This document shows positions 13,259-24,919 of a DNA stretch of 64,000 bases, piece after piece. Below the pieces are notes generated by a model. That model was not told the origin of the DNA. It made no database searches and saw nothing but the letters and a program-made list of their open reading frames with translations. The stretch is from Narcine bancroftii (lineage: Eukaryota), in NCBI RefSeq assembly GCF_036971445.1, contig NC_091469.1, positions 10,354,001 through 10,418,000 on the forward strand, read 5' to 3'. The position numbers were made by a program, and so were the translations under genes. Positions within the stretch are counted from its first letter, which is position 1. Each line of letters starts with the position of its first letter.

Positions 13259-13973
13259 CTCCACGCAAGTTTTGGCGCTCCACGCAAGTTTTGGCGCTCC
13301 ACGCAAGTTTTGGCGCTCCACGCAAGTTTTGGCGCTCCACGCAAGTTTTGGCGCTCCACGCAAGTTTTGGCGCTCCACGCAAGTTTTGGCGCTCCACGCA
13401 AGTTTTGGCGCTCCACGCAAGTTTTGGCGCTCCACGCAAGTTTTGGCGCTCCACGCAAGTTTTGGCGCTCCACGCAAGTTTTGGCGCTCCACGCAAGTTT
13501 TGGCGCTCCACGCAAGTTTTGGCGCTCCACGCAAGTTTTGGCGCTCCACGCAAGTTTTGGCGCTCCACGCAAGTTTTGGCGCTCCACGCAAGTTTTGGCG
13601 CTCCACGCAAGTTTTGGCGCTCCACGCAAGTTTTGGCGCTCCACGCAAGTTTTGGCGCTCCACGCAAGTTTTGGCGCTCCACGCAAGTTTTGGCGCTCCA
13701 CGCAAGTTTTGGCGCTCCACGCAAGTTTTGGCGCTCCACGCAAGTTTTGGCGCTCCACGCAAGTTTTGGCGCTCCACGCAAGTTTTGGCGCTCCACGCAA
13801 GTTTTGGCGCTCCACGCAAGTTTTGGCGCTCCACGCAAGTTTTGGCGCTCCACGCAAGTTTTGGCGCTCCACGCAAGTTTTGGCGCTCCACGCAAGTTTT
13901 GGCGCTCCACGCAAGTTTTGGCGCTCCACGCAAGTTTTGGCGCTCCACGCAAGTTTTGGCGCTCCACGCAAGT
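13259..13973. repeat. Perfect 19-bp tandem array, (CTCCACGCAAGTTTTGGCG) x about 37.6
   Basis: Directly visible; I saw no substitutions across 715 bp. Confidence 0.98.
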
Positions 13974-14149
13974 CCTAATGGTTTCTACACATTTTATTGG
14001 TCACTATGAACTCTATTGATCTGTTCTATTGATTTCCATACATCCAATTGGTCTATTTTCCTTATCTGGCTGATATATTATCTGTAATGAGCAGCTTCTA
14101 GGTATCAACCTCTTCAAGTGAGTTTCTGAAGTGGCTAAACATTCTAAAC

Positions 14150-14478
14150 CAGTGATTCTCAACCTTTTTCTTTCCATTCACATACCATTTTAAGTATTTT
14201 CTAGGCCATTAAGTTCTCTGAGATTAATAGGAGATTGCTTAAGGTGTTGTGAGTGGAAAGAAAAAGTTTGAAAACCACTGCTTTAATCATACCTAATTGA
14301 CTTGTTATGTTTATGGTTTCATAACTCCAATGGTAATGGACCAATGACAATTTCTCTCAAGCAAAATATTTCAATAACAATTGGGTCCAGGGCAGTGATT
14401 CTCAACCTTCCCTTCCCACTCACATACCAATGGCTTACAGATGACTTAAAGTGGAAAGAAAAAGATTGAGAACCATTG
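14150..14478. mobile_element. Composite hAT/Charlie-type MITE, second copy
   Basis: Termini cagtgattctcaacc / gattgagaaccattg. 8-bp TSD ttctaaac / ctctaaac. Colinear with 6482-6846. Confidence 0.88.
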
Positions 14479-15689
14479 CTCTAAACTGTTAGTTTTTTTT
14501 TAGGACTGCATCAATATGACTTTAGATGAGTAATTTTATTTTAAATAACAAAGATTTGTTGGCTCAAGAGAAAACTGAATGGCAATGTAGATTATTATCA
14601 ACTGCCATTGTAAATTACAGTTCATCTTTAATCTTTCCCATTGGCATTATTCAACATCTGCTCATGGAACTGATTCTGAGGCATTATTAATGTCTTTATT
14701 TTACTTTGTTACTTTTACAAATATTACAAAATCATGACTTTTTTCAAGATGCGATTTGATCTATTATGCATGTGCCAGCTTCTTGAATGAGCTGTCCTTC
14801 TTCCCCTCAATGTTTACTTGGATTTTTATTGTGATCTAAATTTATTAAATATTAATGTATGAAATGTAATAACTTGAGAACTAAAACCAACAACAAATAC
14901 TCACGACTGCTCTGCAATTCATAAAATTGCGGAGCTTTTACCTAAGTGCCATCTTCCATCATCGCCTCCAGAGCTTTGGACCCCCTTGACACAAATATCT
15001 ATCAATGTCTTTGTTGAACATACCTCAGTGACTGAACCTCCAGTGCCCTCCTAATTAGAGAATTCCAAGCATTCCCTCTGGCTCAGGAAATCTCTTGAAT
15101 GGTCAATCCATTGATCTCCAATGGTGATAGCTGGTTCTATTTCAGGTTCAAGTTTGCTATCATCTAACAATAGATGTACAACCAAAAGAAACAGTTGCTC
15201 CAGGCCACAGTGGACCTACATACACACATAGAGCATCAGATTGGAGGTGAATCCACAGGACCATAAGGGCGGCAAAGAGGATCACTAGGTCTCCCTCCCC
15301 TCCTCCTCTGCCCCTGCCCTTCACATTGACCTGAAGAGCAGCTCCTTCTGTTAGGAAAGAGATACAGGAGTATCCGAGCTAGAACAACCAGGCTGAGAAA
15401 CAGCTTCGAACCACAAGCAGTAAGACTGCTGAAGGACTGAACAGTTCATACAAACCCTCTGACTCTATGTTCAAGTTCAAATTTATTATACAATTACAAT
15501 GTGACAAAACAGCATTTTTAGGTCCTCACTGAATAAACATGCAAGCACAAAATCAAATTGTCTCACCTCCAGTTCTTGCCTGTGGCAAAAGAAGGTACAA
15601 AGTTCTCTGTTAAGCCCAACAATCTATTCTCACTCACTCCATAGCCTGGCATGGATCCCTACTGGCCATGAGAACTTGTCTACCATATG

Positions 15690-16975
15690 AGCAGAGGATG
15701 AGCAAGCTAGAGTTTTCCTCTTTGCAATAATGGAGGATGAAAAGTGAGAGGAGTAAGTTTGTAAGGGGCATAGATAAAGTGAACAACCGCCATCTTCTTC
15801 CCAAGGGAGCAATGACCAATACCAAAGAACATCTGTTTAAGTGAATTGCAGGTATATTTAGTGGTGGATGCCTGGAATGCATTGTGAGAGCTGGTGGTGG
15901 CTGTTGGTACAATGGGGATATTTAAAAGGATATTAGATAGGAACATGGATGGAAGAATGTGGAAAGTTGTGGGTGTGAGGAAGAGAATGGCTTATATAAG
16001 TCAGCACGACATTGTTGAAGGCCTGCACTGTGCATAACTGTTCGATGTTCTAAATATTCTTCATACAGCTCCTCATTCCTGATAACCACATGCCCTTGAA
16101 TATCAGCAGACTGCTTCTGCTCTCACAATCATCCATGTCCTTCTCTTTGTTGACCATCAATGCAAAATACTCATTAAGTACTGGGCCGATTCCTCTGCCT
16201 TGAAGCATAAATTCCCTCTGTCTTTGATTGATCATACACTCTGTCTAGTCATCTTCTTAGAGTGAGTATAAAATACAATGGGATTCTCTTCAATCCTACG
16301 CAACAAGGATATTTGTTTTGGTCCTCCTCGCTCCTTGATCTAGCTTCCTTTACGTTCCTGCAAGGCTCTATCCAAAATTTCCATTTTTCTTTGTGAATAA
16401 TTTTAAAATCTTTCATTGTTCAGTTCTCAAAAATCCCCATCCTTTTTTCTCACTGGAACCTGTTGGTTCTAACTTGCCACGAGCTGGTCTTTAAATAACT
16501 AGACATGTCAGATGTGCATTGAGCCAAGAACAGCCACTCCCACCTCATAATGCGGTCAGGCACCTCCCCCCCCCCCCAACCCCCCCCCAGATTTGGCGCT
16601 ATGTTCCCACCCTTCCCCCCACCCCCCCCCCCCCACCTGGATTTATCACTCTTCCAAAAATGCTCACCCACTGAAACTCTGATCACTGGCCAAGTTCACT
16701 TTACAATGCAATCTGGAATTTCTCTGTTCCTGAGTCAAATATTGACATGCAGTGTTCAGGAACCCTGATGCATACACATCAAAAATTTGTTTCCATGAAA
16801 CCTGTGACATTAAAGTCCCAGTGGTCAAATTAAAGTCTCCCATGGCAACAACACTGTTCATTCCCCTCTTTATATAACCTGTCTACATTTCTGTCCTTCA
16901 ATCACCCATTCGGAGGCCTACAGTATAAAACCATCACAGTAATGGCATCTTACTTATTCCTGAGCTCTGCCCACA
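15690..16975. mobile_element. CR1 fragments: 3' end on plus (about 15690-16050) abutting an endonuclease/linker region on minus (about 16055-16975)
   Basis: Minus-strand peptides WAELRNK, VVAMGDFN, VSVGEHFWKSD and VLNEYFALM are CR1 ORF2 N-terminal motifs. Confidence 0.7.
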
Positions 16976-17783
16976 GGAGGCCCCCCCGCCGGGGAGGCGG
17001 CCCCCCCCGCCGAGGAGGCGGCCCCCCCCCCCGAGGAGGCGGCCCCCCCGCCGAGGAGGCGGCCCCCCCCGCCGAGGAGGCGGCCCCCCCCGCCGAGGAG
17101 GCGGCCCCCCCCGCCGAGGAGGCGGCCCCCCCCCGCCGAGGAGGCGGCCCCCCCCCGCCGAGGAGGCGGCCCCCCCCGCCGAGGAGGCGGCCCCCCCCGC
17201 CGAGGAGGCGGCCCCCCCCGCCGAGGAGGCGGCCCCCCCCCGCCGAGGAGGCGGCCCCCCCCGCCGAGGAGGCGGCCCCCCCCCCGCCGAGGAGGCGGCC
17301 CCCCCCGCCGAGGAGGCGGCCCCCCCCCGCCGAGGAGGCGGCCCCCCCCGCCGAGGAGGCGGCCCCCCCCCGCCGAGGAGGCGGCCCCCCCCCCGCCGAG
17401 GAGGCGGCCCCCCCCCGCCGAGGAGGCGGCCCCCCCCAGCCGAGGAGGCGGCCCCCCCCGCCGAGGAGGCGGCCCCCCCCGCCGAGGAGGCGGCCCCCCC
17501 CGCCGAGGAGGCGGCCCCCCCCCGCCGAGGAGGCGGCCCCCCCCGCCGAGGAGGCGGCCCCCCCCGCCGAGGAGGCGGCCCCCCCCCCCGCCGAGGAGGC
17601 GGCCCCCCCCCCGCCGAGGAGGCGGCCCCCCCCCGCCGAGGAGGCGGCCCCCCCCCCGCCGAGGAGGCGGCCCCCCCCCCGCCGAGGAGGCGGCCCCCCC
17701 CCGCCGAGGAGGCGGCCCCCCCCGCCGAGGAGGCGGCCCCCCCCCCGCCGAGGAGGCGGCCCCCCCCCCGCCGAGGAGGCGGC
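16975..17783. repeat. GC-rich tandem array, (GCCGAGGAGGCGG + C7-11) x about 37
   Basis: Directly visible. Units differ almost only in C-run length. Confidence 0.97.
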
Positions 17784-18249
17784 ATTGTATTCATTAACTT
17801 GCAGAAAATTGTTCAAGTCCTTCATGGTCATAGTTAAACAAGAAAGTCTGCAGACACTGGGGTTGAGTAATTGACTTTCTCCACCACATTTGTGTATAAC
17901 CTTCATGGTGTAAGTTTGCCTAAATGAGCATGTGTTCAGTCGGTAATCAAGGATGCATTTTAAACAGATATTGAAGTCCAATATTTCCAGACATGCTGGT
18001 GAATTATAGTTAAGAATATCTCTATAAATTAGAAATCCCAATTAATAAGCCAATAACAATATCTGAGGTACATGGGAACTTGATTTACTGGAAATTCACA
18101 GAATTGACTGCAAAGCATGTTTCATAACCAGATTGACTTTATTCTCCTTGGAAGTTGAAGTTGCTGGGCTGACAGAATTTATCTCGGTATACTAATGGAT
18201 GCAAGGGAGGAAATTTCCAGGGCTCTGATGGAAATTTGTGTACCTTCAT

Positions 18250-18717
18250 TGTCAGAAGTACAAATTCTCACACATGAGTCTCTTTAAAGTTGGTGACACG
18301 ACAAGCTTTATTTACAAGTCTGCAGAGTTGGACTCAACTGGCTTCTCACCAAGTCAAGCCCCGATACATACAGTGCATTGATTTTTATACCTTTTTTGCT
18401 TGTCCTTCCCCCTCCTCTTTAACACTGTTTTAATTGGTTAGTTTTTGCAAAATCATTCTAAGTACACTTGCATTTGTAATTATCATGTTAGTTACGTACA
18501 CTACGAACTCTGCACACACTAAATTCTGTTTTTCACTCTTTTATCAATCTTTGGCTCCTACATGTCTCTTTGTGACCATGAAAGATCTCTGTTTGTTATA
18601 ACATTGTCCAGCTAAACTTTTATGGTAAGCTCCCTGTCTATTCTGGCTTCCCCTTTTATAATTAATCATCACATTTTAACTTAAGCCCTTTTTAACCTAA
18701 ATTCTCTATCTATAACA
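18250..18717 (-). mobile_element. Solo LTR (468 bp)
   Basis: TG...CA termini and a perfect 5-bp TSD ttcat. TATA-like and AATAAA signals on the minus strand. Removing it restores the CR1 sequence. Confidence 0.85.
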
Positions 18718-18836
18718 TTCATTAGCCAAGAGTGAGGGACCAGAAGACTGGTCCTCCTTGTTCAAAAAGGGCAGCAGGAATAAGCTTGGTAATTACAGGC
18801 CAGTGAACCTACATGAGAGGTAGGGAAGTCATAGAA

Positions 18837-19054
18837 TCCCATACTATCACACTTCTCCTATCATATATTTACATATAGTGTTAATGATTGGCTGAGTGCT
18901 GTTGCCACCCCTACTGGCCAGTTCCTAAAGGGCTGCACCTAACCAGACCCAGGTCAGTCTGGACTGGTTGACCTCGATGTACTACGCTCCAGTCTTTTGT
19001 TAATAAAAGCCTTGATTTGAGTCAACAAGTCTGTGAGTCATTTGATGTGCTACA
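18837..19054 (+). mobile_element. Degenerate solo LTR, same family as 58942-59181
   Basis: Shares gattggctgag, ggactggttg and taataaaagccttg...tcaacaagtct...ctaca with the 58942 LTR. The 5' TG is missing. Confidence 0.75.
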
Positions 19055-20256
19055 AGAAGATTCTGAGGGAAAGGATTTGTTTCACATGGAAAGGCAGGGA
19101 CTGATTAGGAGGGGTCCAGCACAGATCTGTGCAGGGGAATCATGATTCAGAAATCTTGTACTTTTGAGGAACATTTGAGACTCACGAAAGACTGCTGAAT
19201 CTGGAGCAACAATCTGTTAGATTAGTGAAACACGCAGGACTGCAGATGCTGTGATTGATGTGGACACATCAAAATACTGGAGGAACTCAGCAGGTTATGC
19301 AGCGTTCATAGGAGATGAAGATATAGACCAATTGTTTTGGCCCTGAGTCCTTCATAATAATAAAGGTTACTTTGAGGAAGGGCTCAGGCCCAAAACATTG
19401 CTTATCTACCTTATGGACACTGTGACCTGCTGGAGGAACCCAAAAGTTCAAACAGCATCTGTGGGAGAAAAAAGAATGGCCAATCATGATTTAGTGCACA
19501 GGAGCAAGACCTGGTATAATGAGGTCAGTCCAAGGGGTTGAACGGGACAGTGGGGATTGGTGAACCAGGGAGGGATGGAGGGTGATGGACAGAGGCAGTT
19601 GATTGGCATGTGCCGAATAAAGGGAGAGAGTGACAAGAGGAACAAATGGAAGAACTTTGATAAAGGCACAGCGGAGGTCATGGTTGACATGGAATTTTGG
19701 TAAGTTTTTTAACAAAGTTCCACATGGTGGAATAAACATGAAATTAAGGCACAGAGTAACCTTGGCACATGGATGAATTGGATCAAATATTCTCTTGCTG
19801 AAAGGAGGCATGGTGTAGCAAAAATGGGTGTTTATCTGCCTGGAAATCTGTAACCAATGGGGTACCACAGGGATTGGTACTGGAACCTTTGCTGTTCATT
19901 ATGTACATCAGTGACTTGGATGAGAATGTAGGTGATCTGCAAGGTAAGTTTGTAGTGGAATCAAAATTGGTAGATAGTGCAGTATATAGCAGGACATAAA
20001 GGTTGGGCAGAGAAGGAGCTAGTGAAAATTAATCTGGAAAAGCATGGGGTCGAGTGTTTTTTTGGAAATAATATTTTGTAGGAACCTACAGTAGGGATAT
20101 TAATGTTGTACAGTGAGATCTTAGTGCAAGTTCATAGCTGCTATAAAGTGGTCATGCAGGAGAGAAAGGAGAATTTTGTAAGCTTATCTTGATCAGCAAG
20201 ATTTGGTATAATTAGGACTGTTGCAGTTTTACAAAAATTTAGTTGGACCTTATGTC

Positions 20257-20793
20257 TGTGAAACAGTTTTGATGGGACTCAAGGGTATCAAGTTTGAACG
20301 CAGCTGATTGAACAGTAGATTTTTCATGAGTAGGGGAGTTTCAACAGGAGTAAAAGGCAGAACACATGCACACACAGGATTAAACTATACACTCGCGGGA
20401 AGAAGGTTTTATAATCAAGTTACAACATATAATATCTGCCACCTCTTGATATCCCTGATAGTCATGGCTCATACCTAACTAAATTAGGGACACTCGGCAC
20501 ACAATACTACTGCTCCCACCCTTTTGTCTGTGCACACTTTAGCAATGATCCTGCAGCTTATCCCAGAAGATGGCTAGCATGTAGTGGGCCGTAGAGTGTC
20601 ATCAGCTGGAGTCTGGCCCAGGAATTGATGAGGCAATCAAAGGGACTAATGACCATTGTAAGCTGACCTGTGGACAATGCTTTATCTTGATTGGCCAAGT
20701 GAGGTGCATTCTGTTCAAGTTCCAGATGGAGTGATCACATGCCCCTCCACAATCCACTTTCCCACCAGATTCCAGCCAGATGGGATACATGAC
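20257..20793 (-). mobile_element. Probable solo LTR or other interspersed repeat
   Basis: Interrupts the CR1. Its right part is reverse-similar to 58255-58440 (gttccagatggag, ctccacaat). TSD not resolved. Confidence 0.45.
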
Positions 20794-20980
20794 ACTCCAT
20801 AATCCATTCTTGAGACCTACCCTACAGGAAGGATCTCGTAGCAATAGAATGCAGAAAAGATTTGCCAGGATATTGCCTGAAACTTTGTAGATATTGGATA
20901 GGATGACCTTATTGAGATTTATAAAATCATGAGGATGAAGAGGATCGTCATTTTCCCAGGATTCCCATTTAATCTAAAGG

Positions 20981-21267
20981 TGTGATGCATTGTTAGCCAG
21001 AATCAGATGCACACAAAGATACTGTACAACAGGCTTTAATCCTCAAAAGACTTCCACAGAGCCAGGCTGGCTGAGGCTGCAGCAACTCTGAGTGAGGCCT
21101 CGGGAGGCCGGCGCAGGCTTGTATCCCGGAGGGTGATTGACACCCAACTGGGTGGGGCTTGATCCATTCAGGCTGACTGATTGACAGCCAGCCAGGTGTT
21201 GTCCCCTTACACTCCTGCAGGTACAGAGGTTCCCCCCCCTGCAGTAGGCCGGTGGTGTACCACCACA
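20981..21267 (-). repeat. 3' LTR of Gypsy element 1
   Basis: tgtgatg...caccaca, roughly 90% identical by eye to 24604-24898. Confidence 0.95.
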
Positions 21268-21604
21268 TTCTTTGAAATTATCCTGGGGAGTAGTAACAAG
21301 GAATCACACTCATTACGTACATACAATATTTACAGGTTGAGATGATCTGACAGCCACCGCGGTCTCTGTGACCGTCGTAGGACTGGCTCCTGGTCACTGG
21401 TTAGAGGGGAAGTGGGGGGGCTAGCAGGGGAGTGTGTGGCTGGTGTGGTGCCACACAGAGTGGTGGCGGGGGGACTGGGGTCAAAATATGCAGGTGGTAT
21501 TGGATGGATGGAGGGGATAGTCTCCTAAGGCTGAAGCAGGCCCCTAGTTGTCAAGGGAGCACTGCGTACCCCATAGCTGCCTGGGGATGGGGATGTATGC
21601 CTGG

Positions 21605-24572
21605 TCAACGTCGTCCTGGGTTGGAGGGTGGTGTGGTGGATGCTCCTGCTGATGCCAGGTCCCTGGATGAGACTCTGTCCTCCCTGCCACTGTCAAACCT
21701 GACGTAAGCATAGTTAAGGTTTGCATGAAGGAGGAAAACCTGCTCTACCAGGGCTTCGGCCTTTTGTGTCCGTACATGCTTAGGCAGAAGCACCGGTCCT
21801 GGGGACATGAGCCATGCTGGAAATGACATTCCGGTCGCCGACCTCCTGGGGAATGAGAACAGACGTTCGTGAGGGGTCTCATTGGTAGCCATACACAACA
21901 GTGACCTAATGGCATGGAGCGTCTCTGGCAGGGCGTCCTGCCAGAATTCAACGGCCCATCCTTTTGACCTGAGAGCCAGGAGAACTTCCTTCAAGACCAC
22001 CACATTCTCTCGTTCTACTTGCCCATTGCCTCTCTGTTTATCGTTTGTCGTGTGACTGGTCACGATGCCCATCATCGTCAGATACTGACACAGTTCGTCG
22101 CTCATGAAACTAGACCCCTAGTCGCTGTGAATGAAGGTCGGGTAGCCAAACATGGTGAAAAGCTGCCCCAAGGTCCTGATGACTGTGGCCAGGCAAGGGA
22201 TGGCAAAAGGGAAGCGTGAGTACTTGTCCACTACCTTGAGGAAGTAGACGTTTCGGTTCGTGGAAGGCAGGGGCCCTCTGAAGTCCATGCCGAGATGCTC
22301 GAAAGGCCAAGTAGCCTTTCTAACATGGGGCTGGAGTGGGGTGGGGGGGGGGAGGTGGAAGAAGCGGGGTTTACACTCTGCACAGATCAGACAGGCCTCT
22401 GTCACGTCCCTGATGGTGTACGGCAGATTTCAGGACTTAATGAAATGGTACAACCAGGAGACGCCCGGATGGCAGAGGGACTCTTGCAATGCCTGCAACC
22501 TGTCATTATGCACAGGAGCGTGAGAGGGCATCGGGGGATTCGTTAACCTTCCTGAGCCGGTACTGGATGTCATAGCTGTAGATTGCCAGCTCAACTCTCC
22601 AGTGCAGGATCTTGTCATTTTTTTTATCTTGCTCTTATGGTTAGTGTTAAACATGAACGCTATGGCCTGCTGGTCTGTGATGAGCGTGAATCTCCTGCCG
22701 GCCAGGTACTGGTGCCAGCGGCAGACTGCTTCCACAATCGCCTGGACCTCTTTTTCAATGGAGGAGTGCCCTAGCTCGGAGCTGTGGAGGGTTCTGTAGA
22801 AGAAGGCGATGGGGCGCCCCCCCCGGTTGAGGGTAGCAGTGAGGCATCGCTCTCCACCTGGAAGGGTGAGTCCTCATCTACAGCCTGCATCGTGGCATCC
22901 GCGATGCCTTGTCTGATGCAGGTGAAGTCTGCCTGTGCCTCAGGTGGGAGGGGAAAAGTTGTGGCTTGGCCCAGTGGGCGGACCTTGTCCGAGAAGTGTG
23001 TGACCCACTGCAAGTAATAAGAGAACAGACCCAGGCACCTGCGGAGGGCCTTTAGCGTGGGGGGAGCAGTAACTCCATTAATGGGCACATCCTTTCGTAT
23101 CTTGGCCGATGACACAATGGGCCACGATGTACCCCAGGATGGTGAGGCCTGCTGGTTATGGCCACAGCTAGTGACATTATCCAGATATGGGAACGTTACC
23201 TTCAGCTTGTGCTGGTCTACCGCACGATCAATCTCCTGCTGGATGACGCAGACCCCGTTTGTGACCCCAAAAGGAACCCAGCGGAACTGGTACAGATGTC
23301 TGTCCACCTCAAAAGGCAGTGTAGGGCTTGTCCTTTGGGTGGATAGGGATTTGGTGATACGCCAACTTCAGGTCGTGGAGAAAACTCGGTAATGGGCTAT
23401 CTCATTGACCATGTCGGTGATCCTCAGTAGGGGGTAGGCATCCAGCTGGGTGTACTGATTAATGGTCTGGCTGTAATCCACGAACATCCTTGGCTTACTT
23501 TTCCCTTTGACCACAAGGACTTGGGCTCTCCAAGGGCTATTACTGGGCTCTATAACACCTACCACCAGGAGTCGCCGAATCTCCACCTTGATGAAGTCCC
23601 TGTCTGTGGCACAATAGCACCTACTTATGGTGGCAATCGGCTTGCAGCCTAGTGCAAAATGTGGGAAGAGTGCCAGTGGGGTGATGTGCAATGCGGAGAG
23701 GCTGCAGGTTAGCCGGGCCTGGTGTGCTGTGCAATGTGAGTGGAGGTTAGGGCCCCCTGAAGGCAAGGGTGGCACTGGAAATCCAGACCCAGGAGGAGAG
23801 GTGCGCAGAGTTTGGGCATGACCAGGAGCCTGAATCCTGTGCAAGCCTCCCCTCCCACCATTATATCGACCAAGCAGTGCCCGGGTCTTATTCTTGGCAG
23901 TGAGGGTGATCGAGCAGATGGTGGGGTGGACCTATAACTTTGGGGTGTGGGCCACGCTCAGGTGAATGAAGTTCTCGGTGCTGCCACTGTCCAACAGGCA
24001 CTTTGTTACCTGCCCGTTGAATCACACGTCCACCATCGAGCGTCCGAGGTCATGGGGTGTCCCTGGTCAGTGTGGTAGAGTCAGAGTCCTCACTATCAGG
24101 AGGGATGGGGAGCATTGATAGAGCGGCCTGGTCGTTGCCCGTGTTGACTATGTCGACATCGGTCATGAGGTATAGCCAATGGCCTCCAGGGGTGTGGGGA
24201 GCATCGGTAGAGCAGCCTGGTCATCCTCCGTGTTGACCACATTGTTCTCAGTGTCGTCGGGGGCCCTCAGTGTTGGAGACTGCCTGGCCCAAGATGGTGT
24301 GGCCGCTGCGTGGCTGGCCTCCTTCCCCAGCTGTGTCTGCTGCACCGGCGAAGTGATGTCATCATGACTGGCGGCAGTTACATCGTTACGTCTGCCGGAA
24401 TTGACGGCTTTGACCGGATTAGGACCAACCTCTTCTGATCAGAGTCCAGGATGTCACCCTCGTGTGCCTCAATAATTGCCTCGACTGCGTGCTGCCAGAT
24501 CTTGAAGTATGTCTGGGCTTCCAGGTGGTGTGGGTCGACCTTTAAGCTCCCTGCACACAGGAGTTTTTCCAT
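21605..24572 (-). pseudogene. Frameshifted gag-pol of Gypsy element 1
   Basis: Protease CLLDSGSTENFI (about 23965-24000). RT SPWRAQVLVV, DYSQTINQYTQLDAYPL and YLDNVT. RNase H VESDAS and FTLITDQQA. Integrase HPG...C-x2-C, MDFRGPLP and GNGQVEREN. Gag appears largely deleted. Confidence 0.9.
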
Positions 24573-24603
24573 AGCTGCTGTGGGAAAATTTTATGGATTA
24601 AAT

Positions 24604-24898
24604 TGTGGTGCATTGTTAGCCAGAATCAGACACACACAAAGATAAAGACTGTACAACAGGCTTTAATCCACAAAGACTTTCACAGAGCCAGGCTGGCTGT
24701 GGTGCAGCAACTCTGAGTGAGGCCTCAGGAGGCCGGCGCAGGCTTATATCCTGGAGGGTGATTGACACCCAATCTGGTGGGGCTTGATCCATTCATGCCA
24801 ACTGATTGACAGCCGGCCAGGTGTTGTCCTGTCCCCTCACACTCCTTCAGGTACAGAGGTTGCCCGCTGCAGTAGGCCAGTGGTGGTGTCCCACCATA
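24604..24898 (-). repeat. 5' LTR of Gypsy element 1
   Basis: tgtggtg...caccata. The minus strand has TATA-like GATATAAG (about 24745) and ATTAAA (about 24665). Confidence 0.95.
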
Positions 24899-24919
24899 AA
24901 AGGCCACAGGTTTAATGTG

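Larger units (their letters stand above)
20981..24898 (-). mobile_element. Gypsy LTR retrotransposon, complete boundaries, defective
   Basis: Direct LTRs at 20981-21267 and 24604-24898 and a perfect 5-bp TSD aaagg. Domain order is gag-PR-RT-RH-IN. Confidence 0.95.

Noticed and set aside
13259-13973. CRISPR array
   Set aside because: The repeats are head-to-tail with no spacers, there are no cas genes, and the context is eukaryotic.
13189-14019. Six long ORFs of 241-276 aa
   Set aside because: They are a by-product of a stop-free 19-bp tandem repeat; all frames give the same cyclic peptide.
14570-14625. miR-182-like seed (tggcaatgtaga) with a short inverted repeat
   Set aside because: The match is partial and the flanks do not resemble the miR-182 precursor or form a long stem.
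16934-18041. Pro/Arg/Gly-rich ORFs of 286-363 aa
   Set aside because: They are translations of the GC-rich array; the frame shifts with C-run length.
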